A DNA stretch of 64,000 bases from positions 2,903 to 66,902 of IMG/VR virus record IMGVR_UViG_3300017697_000016. One strand, written 5' to 3'. Under the pieces are notes generated by a model that was not told the origin of the DNA, made no database searches, and was given only the letters and a program-made list of their open reading frames with translations. Both the position numbers and the translations under genes were made by a program. This DNA is from a virus. Positions 46,701 through 56,600 of this stretch are shown here, in pieces. The first letter of the stretch is position 1. Each line of letters begins with the position of its first letter.

Positions 46701-49700
46701 CTATCTACTGTAACTAGGTTGGAAATAGCTTCAGTTGATGTTGCTGTTGCAGATACAATAGTGTCTGTAATAGTAAAGTCAGTACCGTCGATAATCTGTT
46801 TAACCCAATATTGGTAATCTTCTGTAAGGCCGCCTACAATATTTGATTTAAATATAATCGGATTCATCGGTATTAGTACTGACGTATCTAGAATACTTAA
46901 CTCATTAGTTGCTGAATCAACATCAGTAACTTCAACCGTTGACAGATTAGTTGCGATACTAAAGTTTTCTGCATCATAAATTTCATGAATATAATAAGTA
47001 GTACCTAATGTAATACCTCCTAAACTTACACCAGTAAACTGAATTGGATAAGCAACTCGCATATCACTTGTACTTTCAGCTTTTAAGTAACTAGTATTTG
47101 AAGGAAAGTTAATTTTAAATGTCGGCTCGTCATTAGTAATTACTAATGGAGCATCATCAGGATCTTCAATATTAGTATTAGTTAGCGGCCAAACACCCCC
47201 AGCTAATGTAGTTGAAATTTGTATTTTTGTATCGTCTACTACGTTAATAATGTAGTACGGAAATTCAACAGTAACGCCGCCAAATGTGGTGCCTGTAAAG
47301 TTAACTTTTTGTCCTACTCTTAATTGTGCTGTACTTTCAACAATCATTAAATTGTTTAAGTCACCTAATGTTGCAACAACATTTTGTGAATTTTGTGCAA
47401 CTGAATTAATATTTTGATTATAATAAGTAGGAGTAAACTGAATTTTTTGTCCAGGATAAATTGAATCAACGTAAGTTCCTGGAGCAATTACAAATCTATC
47501 CGATGTTGCATTAGAACTAACAATTTCAATTTCATTAAAAGATTCTTTAAGTACATAAACACGTTTGTCATCTGGTGTGTATCTAGAGATCTTTCCATAT
47601 TGTCCGGCTCCTAGCCCTGACTTAAGAACTAATCTCATACCTTCGTATTCAGCAGCGGTTGCTACTTCTGATCCAGCTAGTGTAATGTATTCATCGTTAC
47701 CTTGCTGTGCGTTGTTTGTTTGTAATTTGTAACCTTTTCCGCCTACTGTAAATTGATCTTCTTCAATTACACGAGTTTGGAACATACTTTCTGCGCGAAG
47801 TTCGTCTGCAATAATAAATGCGTTAGACCCTGCGCCTGCAATATTAATATTTGCATATGCACTTGGTCGGTTATTTTTAGTATTCAACAAGAATGTTGGT
47901 GTTTCGCCAATTTGTGCTTGCGAACCATAAAAATAAGTGAATCCTTTAATGCCGTCAATACCGCGTGGATAAATCTTTAACTCTACTGAATTATTTTGTG
48001 CATCAACATCATAAGTTGTAAACGAAATTCTCCACCAGCCATCTTGCTGGAACTCTGCAGTTTTTAACACGGGCATATATCCGCCGTCGTCTTTTGCAGA
48101 TGTTGTAACTGTTTCACTATCGAAGTTAAATCTTACATAACTAGTTCTTGTATTAAATCCGCTAAATGTAGTGTACATGTCAAAGTAAGAAGCATTTCCT
48201 TGTTTTGCATATATACTAAATGTGTATGGTAAAGCACTGCCTGTTGGAACAATACCAACATGAGTTACTGTTGAAATAGCAGTAATCGAAAGTGTTGCAA
48301 CATCAATTACGATATCATTTTCTGGACTTCTACCGCCGAAATTATCGCCTGTAATACGTATCTGATTTCCAACAACAAATCCAGAACCGCCGTTGTTAAC
48401 TGCAACTGTATATGATGTTGCTGTTACAGTAACATCAAAAGTTGCGTCAACGCCAGAACCTGTAATGTTATTGCCTGCTACATTTGTGTATGTTTTACCT
48501 TGTGGAGCAATAGCAAAACTTTGAGAAATATATGAACTATCTGTTAAGTCAGTAACACCGTCGATCTTCCAAGCATCTTGGTTAGCAAATGGTGTTGACG
48601 GAGCTTTAAGAATGTTAATATTACCGTCTGTTGTCCAAGTATCTGTTTCAAGGAATGAATTACTATTTTTTAACATATTAGTTGCAGATGTATAATATTC
48701 TTCGCCTGCATGACTAAATTGTATTTTTAAAATTTCTGCGTTTGCCCCTAATGCACCAACAGCTTCAGCAGTTGCTTCGTTGTTTCTGTTGTTTACATTT
48801 CCAACTGCTGGAATTTCAGTATCATCAAAACCTTCAGCAATACAGCCATATTGACCATATGATGAGTTACCATTAGTAGCACGAATCTTGCCACCATCTT
48901 CTGCAAAGTATCCTGCATAGTTATAGTATGAAAACACCGATACGCATTCTGTTAGTGCATCGCCACCTGTACACCAAATTCCAATTCCGTCTGAAATAAT
49001 CTGTGTAAAGTCGTTTGATGTCATTGACTTGTTGCCACCGTTGTGCAATGTACTGTCAATTTTTCCTCCAGTACATCCATTACCGAACGTTGTAACGTTT
49101 TGAATATACGGAGAGCGAGTAGTAATCCAAACTCGAGTATCATCCGGGCCATCACCTGGATCTAAACTTACAAAAGAGCCGCCTGACGGGCGTCTTGTTT
49201 CAAATTGATTTTGTGGAGTTAGTGTTCCTAACAATCCAGTTAAAGTCATATTTCGAACACCAGTTGCGTTAGTAACATGAATCATGTCACTTAATGCATC
49301 ACCGCCATATACATACATATATCCAATGTTAGTTTGTAGCGGAACTTCCGGACCGTCTTTTGTTGCCGAAACGCTAAACGTAGTGTCAGTAATACTACTA
49401 CCAATTACATAATATGTAATACCTTGTACAATGTTTGGTCCGCCGATTTTTGTACTAATTTCATCAACTGGGTTTAACGAAACAAATTGTACAGGAGTGT
49501 TATGCTGCATATTAACTGTTGAGCCAACAATAAATTGGTTAATATCACCGAATGTACGTGTACACAATGTATTAATAATATTTTTAGGTTTAATTGCAGC
49601 ACCGCGTAATTCGTCGCCGTTTAGTGCAGCTCTTGCTGGAACTTTAATGGGCAATTCTTCTTCATATGTACCTGATTTAATGTTGATTGTTGAGAACGAT

Positions 49701-52700
49701 CCTTCATTAGCAGGCGGAATACCATCCGGACTACCTAGTAGTAGTGGTTCTCTTAGAATTAATTCTAAGTTTCCTAAGAACGGAATTGTACTGACATCAA
49801 TGGTTAGGCTATTATTAAAGTACTGAGTTTCAATTGGTGAATACCCTTCAAGTACTTGGTAGCTTTGAGCAGGAGTAGTTTGATTGAGTGCATGTCTAAT
49901 TAAAACAAAAAGTTGCTCAATTGTTTTTTCGTAATACACTGCTTGATCAGCAACTGTTTGATTAGTAAATTTGTTTGTACTTTCTAAGTCAAAATATGCC
50001 AAAGCATTTCTAACAGTTTCTGCTGTTTGATTACGTGTTAAGTCTCTTACAATTCCGTCCACAATAAATCTACCGTCTCGATAGGTTGACTCATTATTAA
50101 AGTTAACCGAAGTGTCAAATGGTGCAATGTTCTGATTCTGTTGGTACAAGAACCAATTAAACATTTCTTGAATAATCCACTCTTTGTTGTTATCGAGCAA
50201 TACTTTTTCATTTTGTCTAGTAGTACCTAGTGCTACACGCTCACACGCATACTTAACACTTTTCCATGCAGTATCTGGAGTTGTGCCTCTCTCCGGAGAG
50301 TCAACACCGTTAGTAGCAACATAATATACATTTGGAGTAAAGTCGACATCACTCCAAGTTGGTAATCCTCCGGTGACTTTTAATACCTGTGACTGATCTC
50401 CGATTGGTAGTGCGCCTTGTTCGCCGCTGGTATAAATAACCATTTCACCAACATCACTTAAACTGTTACGCTGATCATGCAGTAGATATAAAATCCAATA
50501 ATTATTTAAAAAGTCATTATCTGGACGATTTACAAGTGCAGACGAATGTTCTTGAATACATGCATATGTTGCATTTTTCCAGTATACAATATCGTCTTGT
50601 TTATAAGCTACGCCGTTGTTTCTCCATTTACTTTTCCAAGTAGTACCAGGAATCATTAATTCCCAATAAGGGTAAGTTGTTCCAGCAAATGTTAAAATTG
50701 TATCATCAGCAATTGCACCATCTGGTGCTTCAGTTAAAACAATTGTAGTTTTTCCTGTTATTTCATTTGTAGATACAGTTTGCACTGATTGACCTCTAGC
50801 AAACCCTTCACCAATTACAGTCATACCTGTTGTAATTGACTTAGGGTCAACCGAGTCAATTGTATTAACTACAATAGTAGTTCCTGAGGACCCGTTGGCT
50901 TCGTACCCAACTTGGATTGTATTATTTCCGGGATTTTTACCTAAACTATCTTGAATTGCAACATACAAATCACTACCATAAGTTATAACACTACCGACTT
51001 TGTATTCGGTATTTGCATCCCACGGCCCTGTCATATCAAATGCTTTGCTAATTAATTCCCAAGCATCGCTTGAATCGTCTGCATTGTATGAAGGAGTAAG
51101 ATTAACGTTATTAATAATTTTTGACTGGTATAAATATCCACCATATAATACTATATCACCGGGTTGGTAAATTGCATCTTCTGTCCAAACATTATCAAAA
51201 TCAAGACCCGGAATCCATAGTTCCCAATAATCTTCGACGAAACTATTTTCTAATGCGCCACCTTCTTGTTGTTCTGTAACAACGTAACCTGACACTCCTG
51301 CTAGTGCTGGATTGTCTTGTTCTGGAGTGTTTCCATCTTGAAAGATAAGTCTAATAGTAGCAAGTGAAGGCTTGTCAATTACATTGCCAATATATGTATC
51401 ATACAACGCATAGCCTAATGGGTTAGAAGTTTGTATTCCGTTTGGTGTGCGCATGTCGTCTTTCCACTCTGGTGACAGACTTCCGCCTTCCCAGAGATCG
51501 GTATATTCAAACATACTAAAATTTAACAAATACAAGTATTCTTTTGCAGCAACAGGAAATTGTTCTGGATCAGTTTCCCAGTTAGGAGCATAATCACTTG
51601 GATCATATTTTCCTGCATCAATTGCTTCTTTCATTGCAAGGAATAGTGGTCCAGTTGCCCAGTCTGCACTAAATTCAGGATAGAGTTTTAATGCTGTACT
51701 GTCTAATCCATACATATGTAATGTATGGAAAATGTGTTCAATTACTTCTTGTGCATCATTATCACCGTCGCCGTAGCCGTCGCCAGTTGAATTCAAATAC
51801 CATACCATGTCGTTAGCAACAGTGGAATCAAATAACGGAGATAAATTCCAATCAATAATACCTTGATCAGTTAAGAAGTTTGGAGTATAATCTGCTCCTG
51901 CGCCTCTAGCTACTCGTTGTATAGTTGGAAGTCCTGCATGCCAAGTTCCTGCATCGCCTCTTAATGTTTTAATAACAGTTTCTTGTGCAGCAGTGTTAAT
52001 AGTTACACCTTCTTTGTTTAAAAATAATTTAAACATACGTGCAACTTTTTCAATAAACGCATCAGGTACTGCTACCTGTCCGCCTACTGAACCGGCACTT
52101 ACAATTCTAACACCATGAGCTGTTAATTCACGTTTAAAGAAATTACTACCAGCGCCGGTGAGATTTGTAATTGCTGTACTTGTATATACACCTAAGTCGC
52201 TTACTGCTGGAATAGACGGAACGTGTCCTTGAATACATTTATAAACACTAGGACCGTATTTTACTAGGTCTCCTAGTTTGTATCTAATTTGCGAACTATC
52301 TTCTGATGAGTCATTATATGTACTTCTATACTGAACACCTTCTTTGAGTAGTTTCCATTTTACTTGGGTACTATCTAACTGATCGTTATAATCTGTCTCT
52401 AAGCCTTCAATGTCTGTAGCTGCTGATGTATGTGAAATAATACACTCGTATGTCGAACCGCCGTATTGTACAATACTACCAACACCGTATAGTGTACTAG
52501 ATGTCCACTCACTTTGCCAAGTTTTAGATTCTGCGTATACGTCCCATTTTGCAAGATCAGTATCTAGAGCCGCACCACTCTGATGTTCCTGATTACACTT
52601 ATAAACAATACCGCCGAAAATTACAATGTTATCTAAACTATAAAAAGTAAATTGTTCCCAAATACCTTTCCAAGTTTGGCCAGTCATCATCAACTCCCAT

Positions 52701-52870
52701 TTTGGAATTGTTGCTTGAAGATCTGTATAAAATCCATTTGATGTATGAGGTACTAAACACACATAAGCCTTACCGTTATATTGAACGATTTCATCCTTAT
52801 TATATGCTTTTTGATCACTCCATTCTCCTACCCAGGAGAAACGTAATCTACTAATTTTAAATTCAGCCAT
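43769..52870 (-). CDS. Giant virion structural/fibre protein (3033 aa), paralogue of the 4018-aa protein
   Basis: MAEFK.SR.RF.W start, same N-terminal repeats, beta-helix, propeller and C-terminal module; extra zincin-like and CBM-like inserts. Confidence 0.85.
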   Translation of the reverse strand: MAEFKISRLRFSWVGEWSDQKAYNKDEIVQYNGKAYVCLVPHTSNGFYTDLQATIPKWELMMTGQTWKGIWEQFTFYSLDNIVIFGGIVYKCNQEHQSGAALDTDLAKWDVYAESKTWQSEWTSSTLYGVGSIVQYGGSTYECIISHTSAATDIEGLETDYNDQLDSTQVKWKLLKEGVQYRSTYNDSSEDSSQIRYKLGDLVKYGPSVYKCIQGHVPSIPAVSDLGVYTSTAITNLTGAGSNFFKRELTAHGVRIVSAGSVGGQVAVPDAFIEKVARMFKLFLNKEGVTINTAAQETVIKTLRGDAGTWHAGLPTIQRVARGAGADYTPNFLTDQGIIDWNLSPLFDSTVANDMVWYLNSTGDGYGDGDNDAQEVIEHIFHTLHMYGLDSTALKLYPEFSADWATGPLFLAMKEAIDAGKYDPSDYAPNWETDPEQFPVAAKEYLYLLNFSMFEYTDLWEGGSLSPEWKDDMRTPNGIQTSNPLGYALYDTYIGNVIDKPSLATIRLIFQDGNTPEQDNPALAGVSGYVVTEQQEGGALENSFVEDYWELWIPGLDFDNVWTEDAIYQPGDIVLYGGYLYQSKIINNVNLTPSYNADDSSDAWELISKAFDMTGPWDANTEYKVGSVITYGSDLYVAIQDSLGKNPGNNTIQVGYEANGSSGTTIVVNTIDSVDPKSITTGMTVIGEGFARGQSVQTVSTNEITGKTTIVLTEAPDGAIADDTILTFAGTTYPYWELMIPGTTWKSKWRNNGVAYKQDDIVYWKNATYACIQEHSSALVNRPDNDFLNNYWILYLLHDQRNSLSDVGEMVIYTSGEQGALPIGDQSQVLKVTGGLPTWSDVDFTPNVYYVATNGVDSPERGTTPDTAWKSVKYACERVALGTTRQNEKVLLDNNKEWIIQEMFNWFLYQQNQNIAPFDTSVNFNNESTYRDGRFIVDGIVRDLTRNQTAETVRNALAYFDLESTNKFTNQTVADQAVYYEKTIEQLFVLIRHALNQTTPAQSYQVLEGYSPIETQYFNNSLTIDVSTIPFLGNLELILREPLLLGSPDGIPPANEGSFSTINIKSGTYEEELPIKVPARAALNGDELRGAAIKPKNIINTLCTRTFGDINQFIVGSTVNMQHNTPVQFVSLNPVDEISTKIGGPNIVQGITYYVIGSSITDTTFSVSATKDGPEVPLQTNIGYMYVYGGDALSDMIHVTNATGVRNMTLTGLLGTLTPQNQFETRRPSGGSFVSLDPGDGPDDTRVWITTRSPYIQNVTTFGNGCTGGKIDSTLHNGGNKSMTSNDFTQIISDGIGIWCTGGDALTECVSVFSYYNYAGYFAEDGGKIRATNGNSSYGQYGCIAEGFDDTEIPAVGNVNNRNNEATAEAVGALGANAEILKIQFSHAGEEYYTSATNMLKNSNSFLETDTWTTDGNINILKAPSTPFANQDAWKIDGVTDLTDSSYISQSFAIAPQGKTYTNVAGNNITGSGVDATFDVTVTATSYTVAVNNGGSGFVVGNQIRITGDNFGGRSPENDIVIDVATLSITAISTVTHVGIVPTGSALPYTFSIYAKQGNASYFDMYTTFSGFNTRTSYVRFNFDSETVTTSAKDDGGYMPVLKTAEFQQDGWWRISFTTYDVDAQNNSVELKIYPRGIDGIKGFTYFYGSQAQIGETPTFLLNTKNNRPSAYANINIAGAGSNAFIIADELRAESMFQTRVIEEDQFTVGGKGYKLQTNNAQQGNDEYITLAGSEVATAAEYEGMRLVLKSGLGAGQYGKISRYTPDDKRVYVLKESFNEIEIVSSNATSDRFVIAPGTYVDSIYPGQKIQFTPTYYNQNINSVAQNSQNVVATLGDLNNLMIVESTAQLRVGQKVNFTGTTFGGVTVEFPYYIINVVDDTKIQISTTLAGGVWPLTNTNIEDPDDAPLVITNDEPTFKINFPSNTSYLKAESTSDMRVAYPIQFTGVSLGGITLGTTYYIHEIYDAENFSIATNLSTVEVTDVDSATNELSILDTSVLIPMNPIIFKSNIVGGLTEDYQYWVKQIIDGTDFTITDTIVSATATSTEAISNLVTVDSTAGFVSGSPVIFTGTVFGGLVNDKVYYVQVVNDATSFTISETPAGSAVALSTATGNIITRTAGATLVVTDATGATMAAQTPGAKEEVESDGGKTMGSSFFTETYGGITAGATYYVLDKFADIPSDAYNVTGNWISANTGWADSVFSIEIDATPDAAFLTYLQNLVEDDIIYITDSVYGNLELIISGDPWLPSTPAAGALISIGTKNFSPFSGGVNGDPYNGNMTIMAFPTGGVTPLELQVSATLDGAPVALTDDTGSMQIGAVGWDHINPGTPAVPSMDSTSVYQIEPRVTFSAPGFTQTAMSALPVGWGYQTILTDGFTVLAVPLTGTYVRSTTDFANWNVEIELPVAGDTSLDDGLGGNNPNYNGGWINGTFGNNTWFIMSSTGQNCLYSVSGGLTWLTVNLPTLTTGSYKSVTYGNGVFVAIARDGETSAYSTDNCATWTRTNLLFADDDWVDIAYGNETFVAIDSSSNTVIYSKTNGETWNTASVDTSLDSTVTNWNKIEYGNGRFVATSTDSRSAVYSFDAVTWYASNLLVKGNLLTYGNGSFALIDSETNKLYQSIDGLDWHTFTLASASYSALGFTFDKTTRKGYFITIDEDANTSQFSIGTKALARPTITDGKITSISILTPGSGYTSVPTLTVTDPNNSEDALFTARIGDGVLGAPTFANQGFGYSTSSTAIAITGSGFSDSFQTGLKIVCRNITRVPQPGDNVEFEGNPEVYRVAKSTTIRGTTVPNLEAEIQLSPGLTQADTPAHDTAFTIRSRFSQVRLTNHDFLNIGFGNQLQSNYPLLPENTGLEPQDEVQETNNGRVFYSSTDQDGNFRVGDLFAVEQATGIVTLSADEFGLDGLSELSIGGVALGGSPVVVKAFSTDGTFTANSNQLVPTQRAIKTYLTSRLSQGGSDTFTGLLTAGTVKVGGPDEITSTVQEGGEGWEIKITTKANFTGVFGNSGWGGDGLALAYFTKTFADPTRDGQQ

Positions 52871-52899
52871 TGTGTGCGGTTTCCTATTATCTTATCGTG

Positions 52900-52905
52900 T
52901 ATTTA
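52900..52905 (-). promoter_or_regulatory. Late promoter TAAATA
   Basis: In the gap upstream of the 3033-aa gene. Confidence 0.55.
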
Positions 52906-53319
52906 TTAGTATCCGTTGCCGCCATTATTATTTGCGCCACCGTCAACAATTTGTGTATCATCGTATGTGTAAGATTGGTTAATTCTTACAACTAGTTCAC
53001 CATTTTCGTTTACATAATAATACGTATTTTTATTATCCCAGCGATATTGATCCCACTGCAAATTATCGTAGGGACGACTGTGATCTAGTTCTAAACGTCC
53101 ATCAAAAAAGTCGACCCCGTATTCAAATTCCGTGAAGTCATCTACTGATGCTCCCGGGTTGTTAATAGTAATTGTATCAGTATCCTTTAACTGGTCAATT
53201 TTAGCAAAGAATAATGTCCCTTGTTCGGTTCTACGCAATGCGTAAAAGTATCGTGGTTGACCGTCACCTAATAGTTCGCTAACGTTTGGTGTTTGACCTA
53301 CATAGTGTGTTGATGCCAT
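52906..53319 (-). CDS. Hypothetical structural-module protein (137 aa)
   Basis: AAGGAG SD; within the structural operon. Confidence 0.7.
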   Translation of the reverse strand: MASTHYVGQTPNVSELLGDGQPRYFYALRRTEQGTLFFAKIDQLKDTDTITINNPGASVDDFTEFEYGVDFFDGRLELDHSRPYDNLQWDQYRWDNKNTYYYVNENGELVVRINQSYTYDDTQIVDGGANNNGGNGY

Positions 53320-53330
53320 TTTATATCTCC

Positions 53331-53660
53331 TTAAACAATTTCAACTGTACTTAAAATACAATCGAGACTGTTGTCAACATTTGCTTTTACATACAAGTTA
53401 TTATTTGGTGTTAAAATTAATTTCTCACCACCGTTTAGTACACGCAAACTCGTGTTAGGTGGTAAAATCATTTCTTTTGCATAATAGCCTGTTGAACTGT
53501 CTGCGTCTCTTAAAGTAACATCAAGTAGTACTACGCCGTCAGTTAAGTTTGCTAAACTAAATCCAACAACAGTAATTCTGTTATTGTCGTTAGTAGCTAA
53601 AACTTCAACGGTTTCTGTTCCTATTGCTGTTACTACTTTGTTTTTAAATGTAGTTGCCAT
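53331..53660 (-). CDS. Small beta-rich virion protein (109 aa)
   Basis: MATTFKN..SLANL..LPPNTSLRVLNGGEKLIL; within the structural operon. Confidence 0.7.
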   Translation of the reverse strand: MATTFKNKVVTAIGTETVEVLATNDNNRITVVGFSLANLTDGVVLLDVTLRDADSSTGYYAKEMILPPNTSLRVLNGGEKLILTPNNNLYVKANVDNSLDCILSTVEIV

Positions 53661-53664
53661 GTCT

Positions 53665-56600
53665 TTATCCTAATACTAATACTGTTGCTAGTGCAATTTC
53701 TTCTGCGTCATTTCGTGTAATACCTGATGCACTACCTGCAACAGATACCCAGTTCACGCCATCATATACTTCAACACGATTATCGTCTGTGTTATATCTT
53801 ACTTGGCCTAATTCTGTGTATTCAATTGGCGGTCTTGCGCCAGCACCGCCTGATGGAATAACAATACCGTATGATCCATCAAACTTAACGTATCCGTCTC
53901 CTGAGTTTTCAAACAATGTAATACTGTCTGTAAAATAGTTTGTGATTGTATTATCTTTAAACGCAAAGTTATCAAATTTAACACTACCTGTGCCATTTGC
54001 AGTCATAAGCAAATCTGTATTAGCAGTTGTAGTAGTAATTAAATTGCCGTTAATTTCTATGTCGTCAACATTAATTTTTGGTGCTGCTAAACGTGTGTTA
54101 TTAATTGTAACAACCGTTGAACCAGCAATATCAAATCTAATAATATTATCGTTTAGTCCTTCAGTTAATTCAGCAGTTACCCTAGTGTCACCGTCGAGGT
54201 CTTGTACACCTTTAATGTTAACCCAATTAGTCCCATTATAACCTTCAAATCTAGCTAGTTCTGAATTGAAACGTAATTGTCCCTGTGTTGCTGTAGGACG
54301 CTGACTGGTATCGCCTACCGGAATCGTCATTGCGCCTACTGCATTAATATTTAAAACTTGGCTTCCTGGTTGTAACACCATATCACCGGAAGTAGTAATA
54401 GTTGTACCATTAATATCAAATGTATCAATAATAATTGAACCGGTGCCAGCTGCTCTTAATTCTAAATCTGAATTGCTAACTGTAGTTGTAATAAAGTTAT
54501 CATCTATTAAGATATTGCCAGTTGTAAATCTATTTGCTGCAACAGTGTCTGTACTAGTAACATTTCCAACTGTAATTGTGCCACGTATGTCTAAGTTTTG
54601 TTGTATTTCAACATCGTTACTTGGCATAAAGATCCTGCCAGTACCGTTAGCACGTAATTCTAAGTTTGCATTAGAATCAGTTGTTGTAATTGAATTTCCT
54701 TCTAATGCAATTTGTTCAAAACTAATAACAGTAGCAGTAATTATAACTTCGCCAGTGACGTCTAAATTACCTGTTAAATTAATATCGCCGACTTGTGTTA
54801 CATTGCCAGTGTGCGTAATGTCGCCTACAATAGTTGTATTCTTTAAATTAGTAGACCCGTTGACAGTTAAGTTTTGATCTAAAATAGTATTGTTACTAGG
54901 AATACGTATATTACCAGTGCCATTTGCACGTAATTCTAAATCTGAATTACTTAATGTAGTTGTAACAAAATTGTCATCTATTACAATGTCGCCAGTTGTA
55001 AATCTATTAGCAGTAATTGCACCCGAACTAACAATGTCAGTTACGTTAATAGTGCCAGTGACAGTTAAGTCGTTTGCAATTTCAACGTTATTAGTTGGAA
55101 TAATAATATTTCCGTATTCAGTTGCTCTTATTTCAAGATCTGAATTACTAACTGTAGTTGTAATAATGTTGTCATCAATATTAATATTTTCAAACTGTGC
55201 GCCATCCGAAACTGTTACATTTCCTATTACATTAATAGCACCTGTAATATTAATATTTCCTGTTTGTGTAGTATTGCCAACCTGCGTTAATTCACCTTGG
55301 ATTACTGTATCGCTTAGAGTTGATGTGCCTTGTACAGTAAAGTTGTTTTCAAACAATACATCATTATTAGGAACACGTACACTACCAGTGCCATTTGCAC
55401 GTAATTCTAAATCTGAATTACTATCTGTCGTAGTAATATAATTATCGTCAATTACAATATTTTCAGTTGTAAACTTATTAGCAGTAATTGATCCAATTGT
55501 TGTTAAATTATTTGCTGTAATGTTTTTAACAACTGTTAAATTTTCATTAATTAATACATCATTATACGGAACATAAATTTCACCAGTACCACTAGCTCTC
55601 AAATCTAAATCAGTACTTGATGTAGTTGTAGTAATAATATTATCGTCAATTAAAATTTCTTCAAGCTGCGCTGCACCTGTTACAATTAGATCCTGCTGCA
55701 CAAACAATGTACCTGTAATTACTGTATTACCTTGCTGTACAAAGTCACCTGTAAGTGTAAAGTCACCGTTAATATTTGTATTTTGTAAAGTTGTAACACC
55801 GTTAACTGTTAAGTCTTGTTCGATAACAACATCGTTAGTTGGCATGTAAATTTCGCCAGTGCCGTTTGCACGTAATTCTAAATCTGAATTACTTTCAGTT
55901 GTTTCGATAAAGTTATCTCTAATAGAAATGTTATCTAATATAATTTCGTTAACATATAAATTCTTCCAAGTTTTAGATACTTGGCCTAAAGAATGTGTAC
56001 TAGTAAACTTAGGAGTAATATCAGAATCAATGCCAGCAATAATTTGAATGGTGTCTGTTTCTTCGTCACCAATAGTAATATTTCCGCCAATGGTAACATT
56101 GCCTGTAACATCTAAGCTACCTGTAATATTAACATTAGAGTTTATATTAACTTCCCCAGTAGCAGCAGTAAAGTTTGCATTCTGCGTTAATGTTTCAATA
56201 GTGTTGCCGCTAATACGCCAGTCACCAGTTTCAATTTTAGTTCCATCAACTAATGTACTTGATCCGTTTGTATTAAAAGTAACACCGTTTTCTGTGTCAA
56301 TTGTAAAGTCACTTACTGCAAATGTTACATTACCAGTTTCTTGATTAACATAAAATAAATCACCAACTCTAAAGTCGCCTTTATGATCTACTGAATTGTA
56401 ACGTATTTTAGCGCCTTCGGATTCTACAACTTCGTTTGCTTGAATAACTGTAGCAGGGTTATTATCTACTGCTTTTCCGTTACCAATGTATGCTAAGTTG
56501 TGTCCAATAGCGTACATAATAACGCCTGGTCCTTGGCCAACTAACCCTTGATTTCCGTAAACACTTGCTGACGCAATCAATCTTACTTCTGCACCAAACT

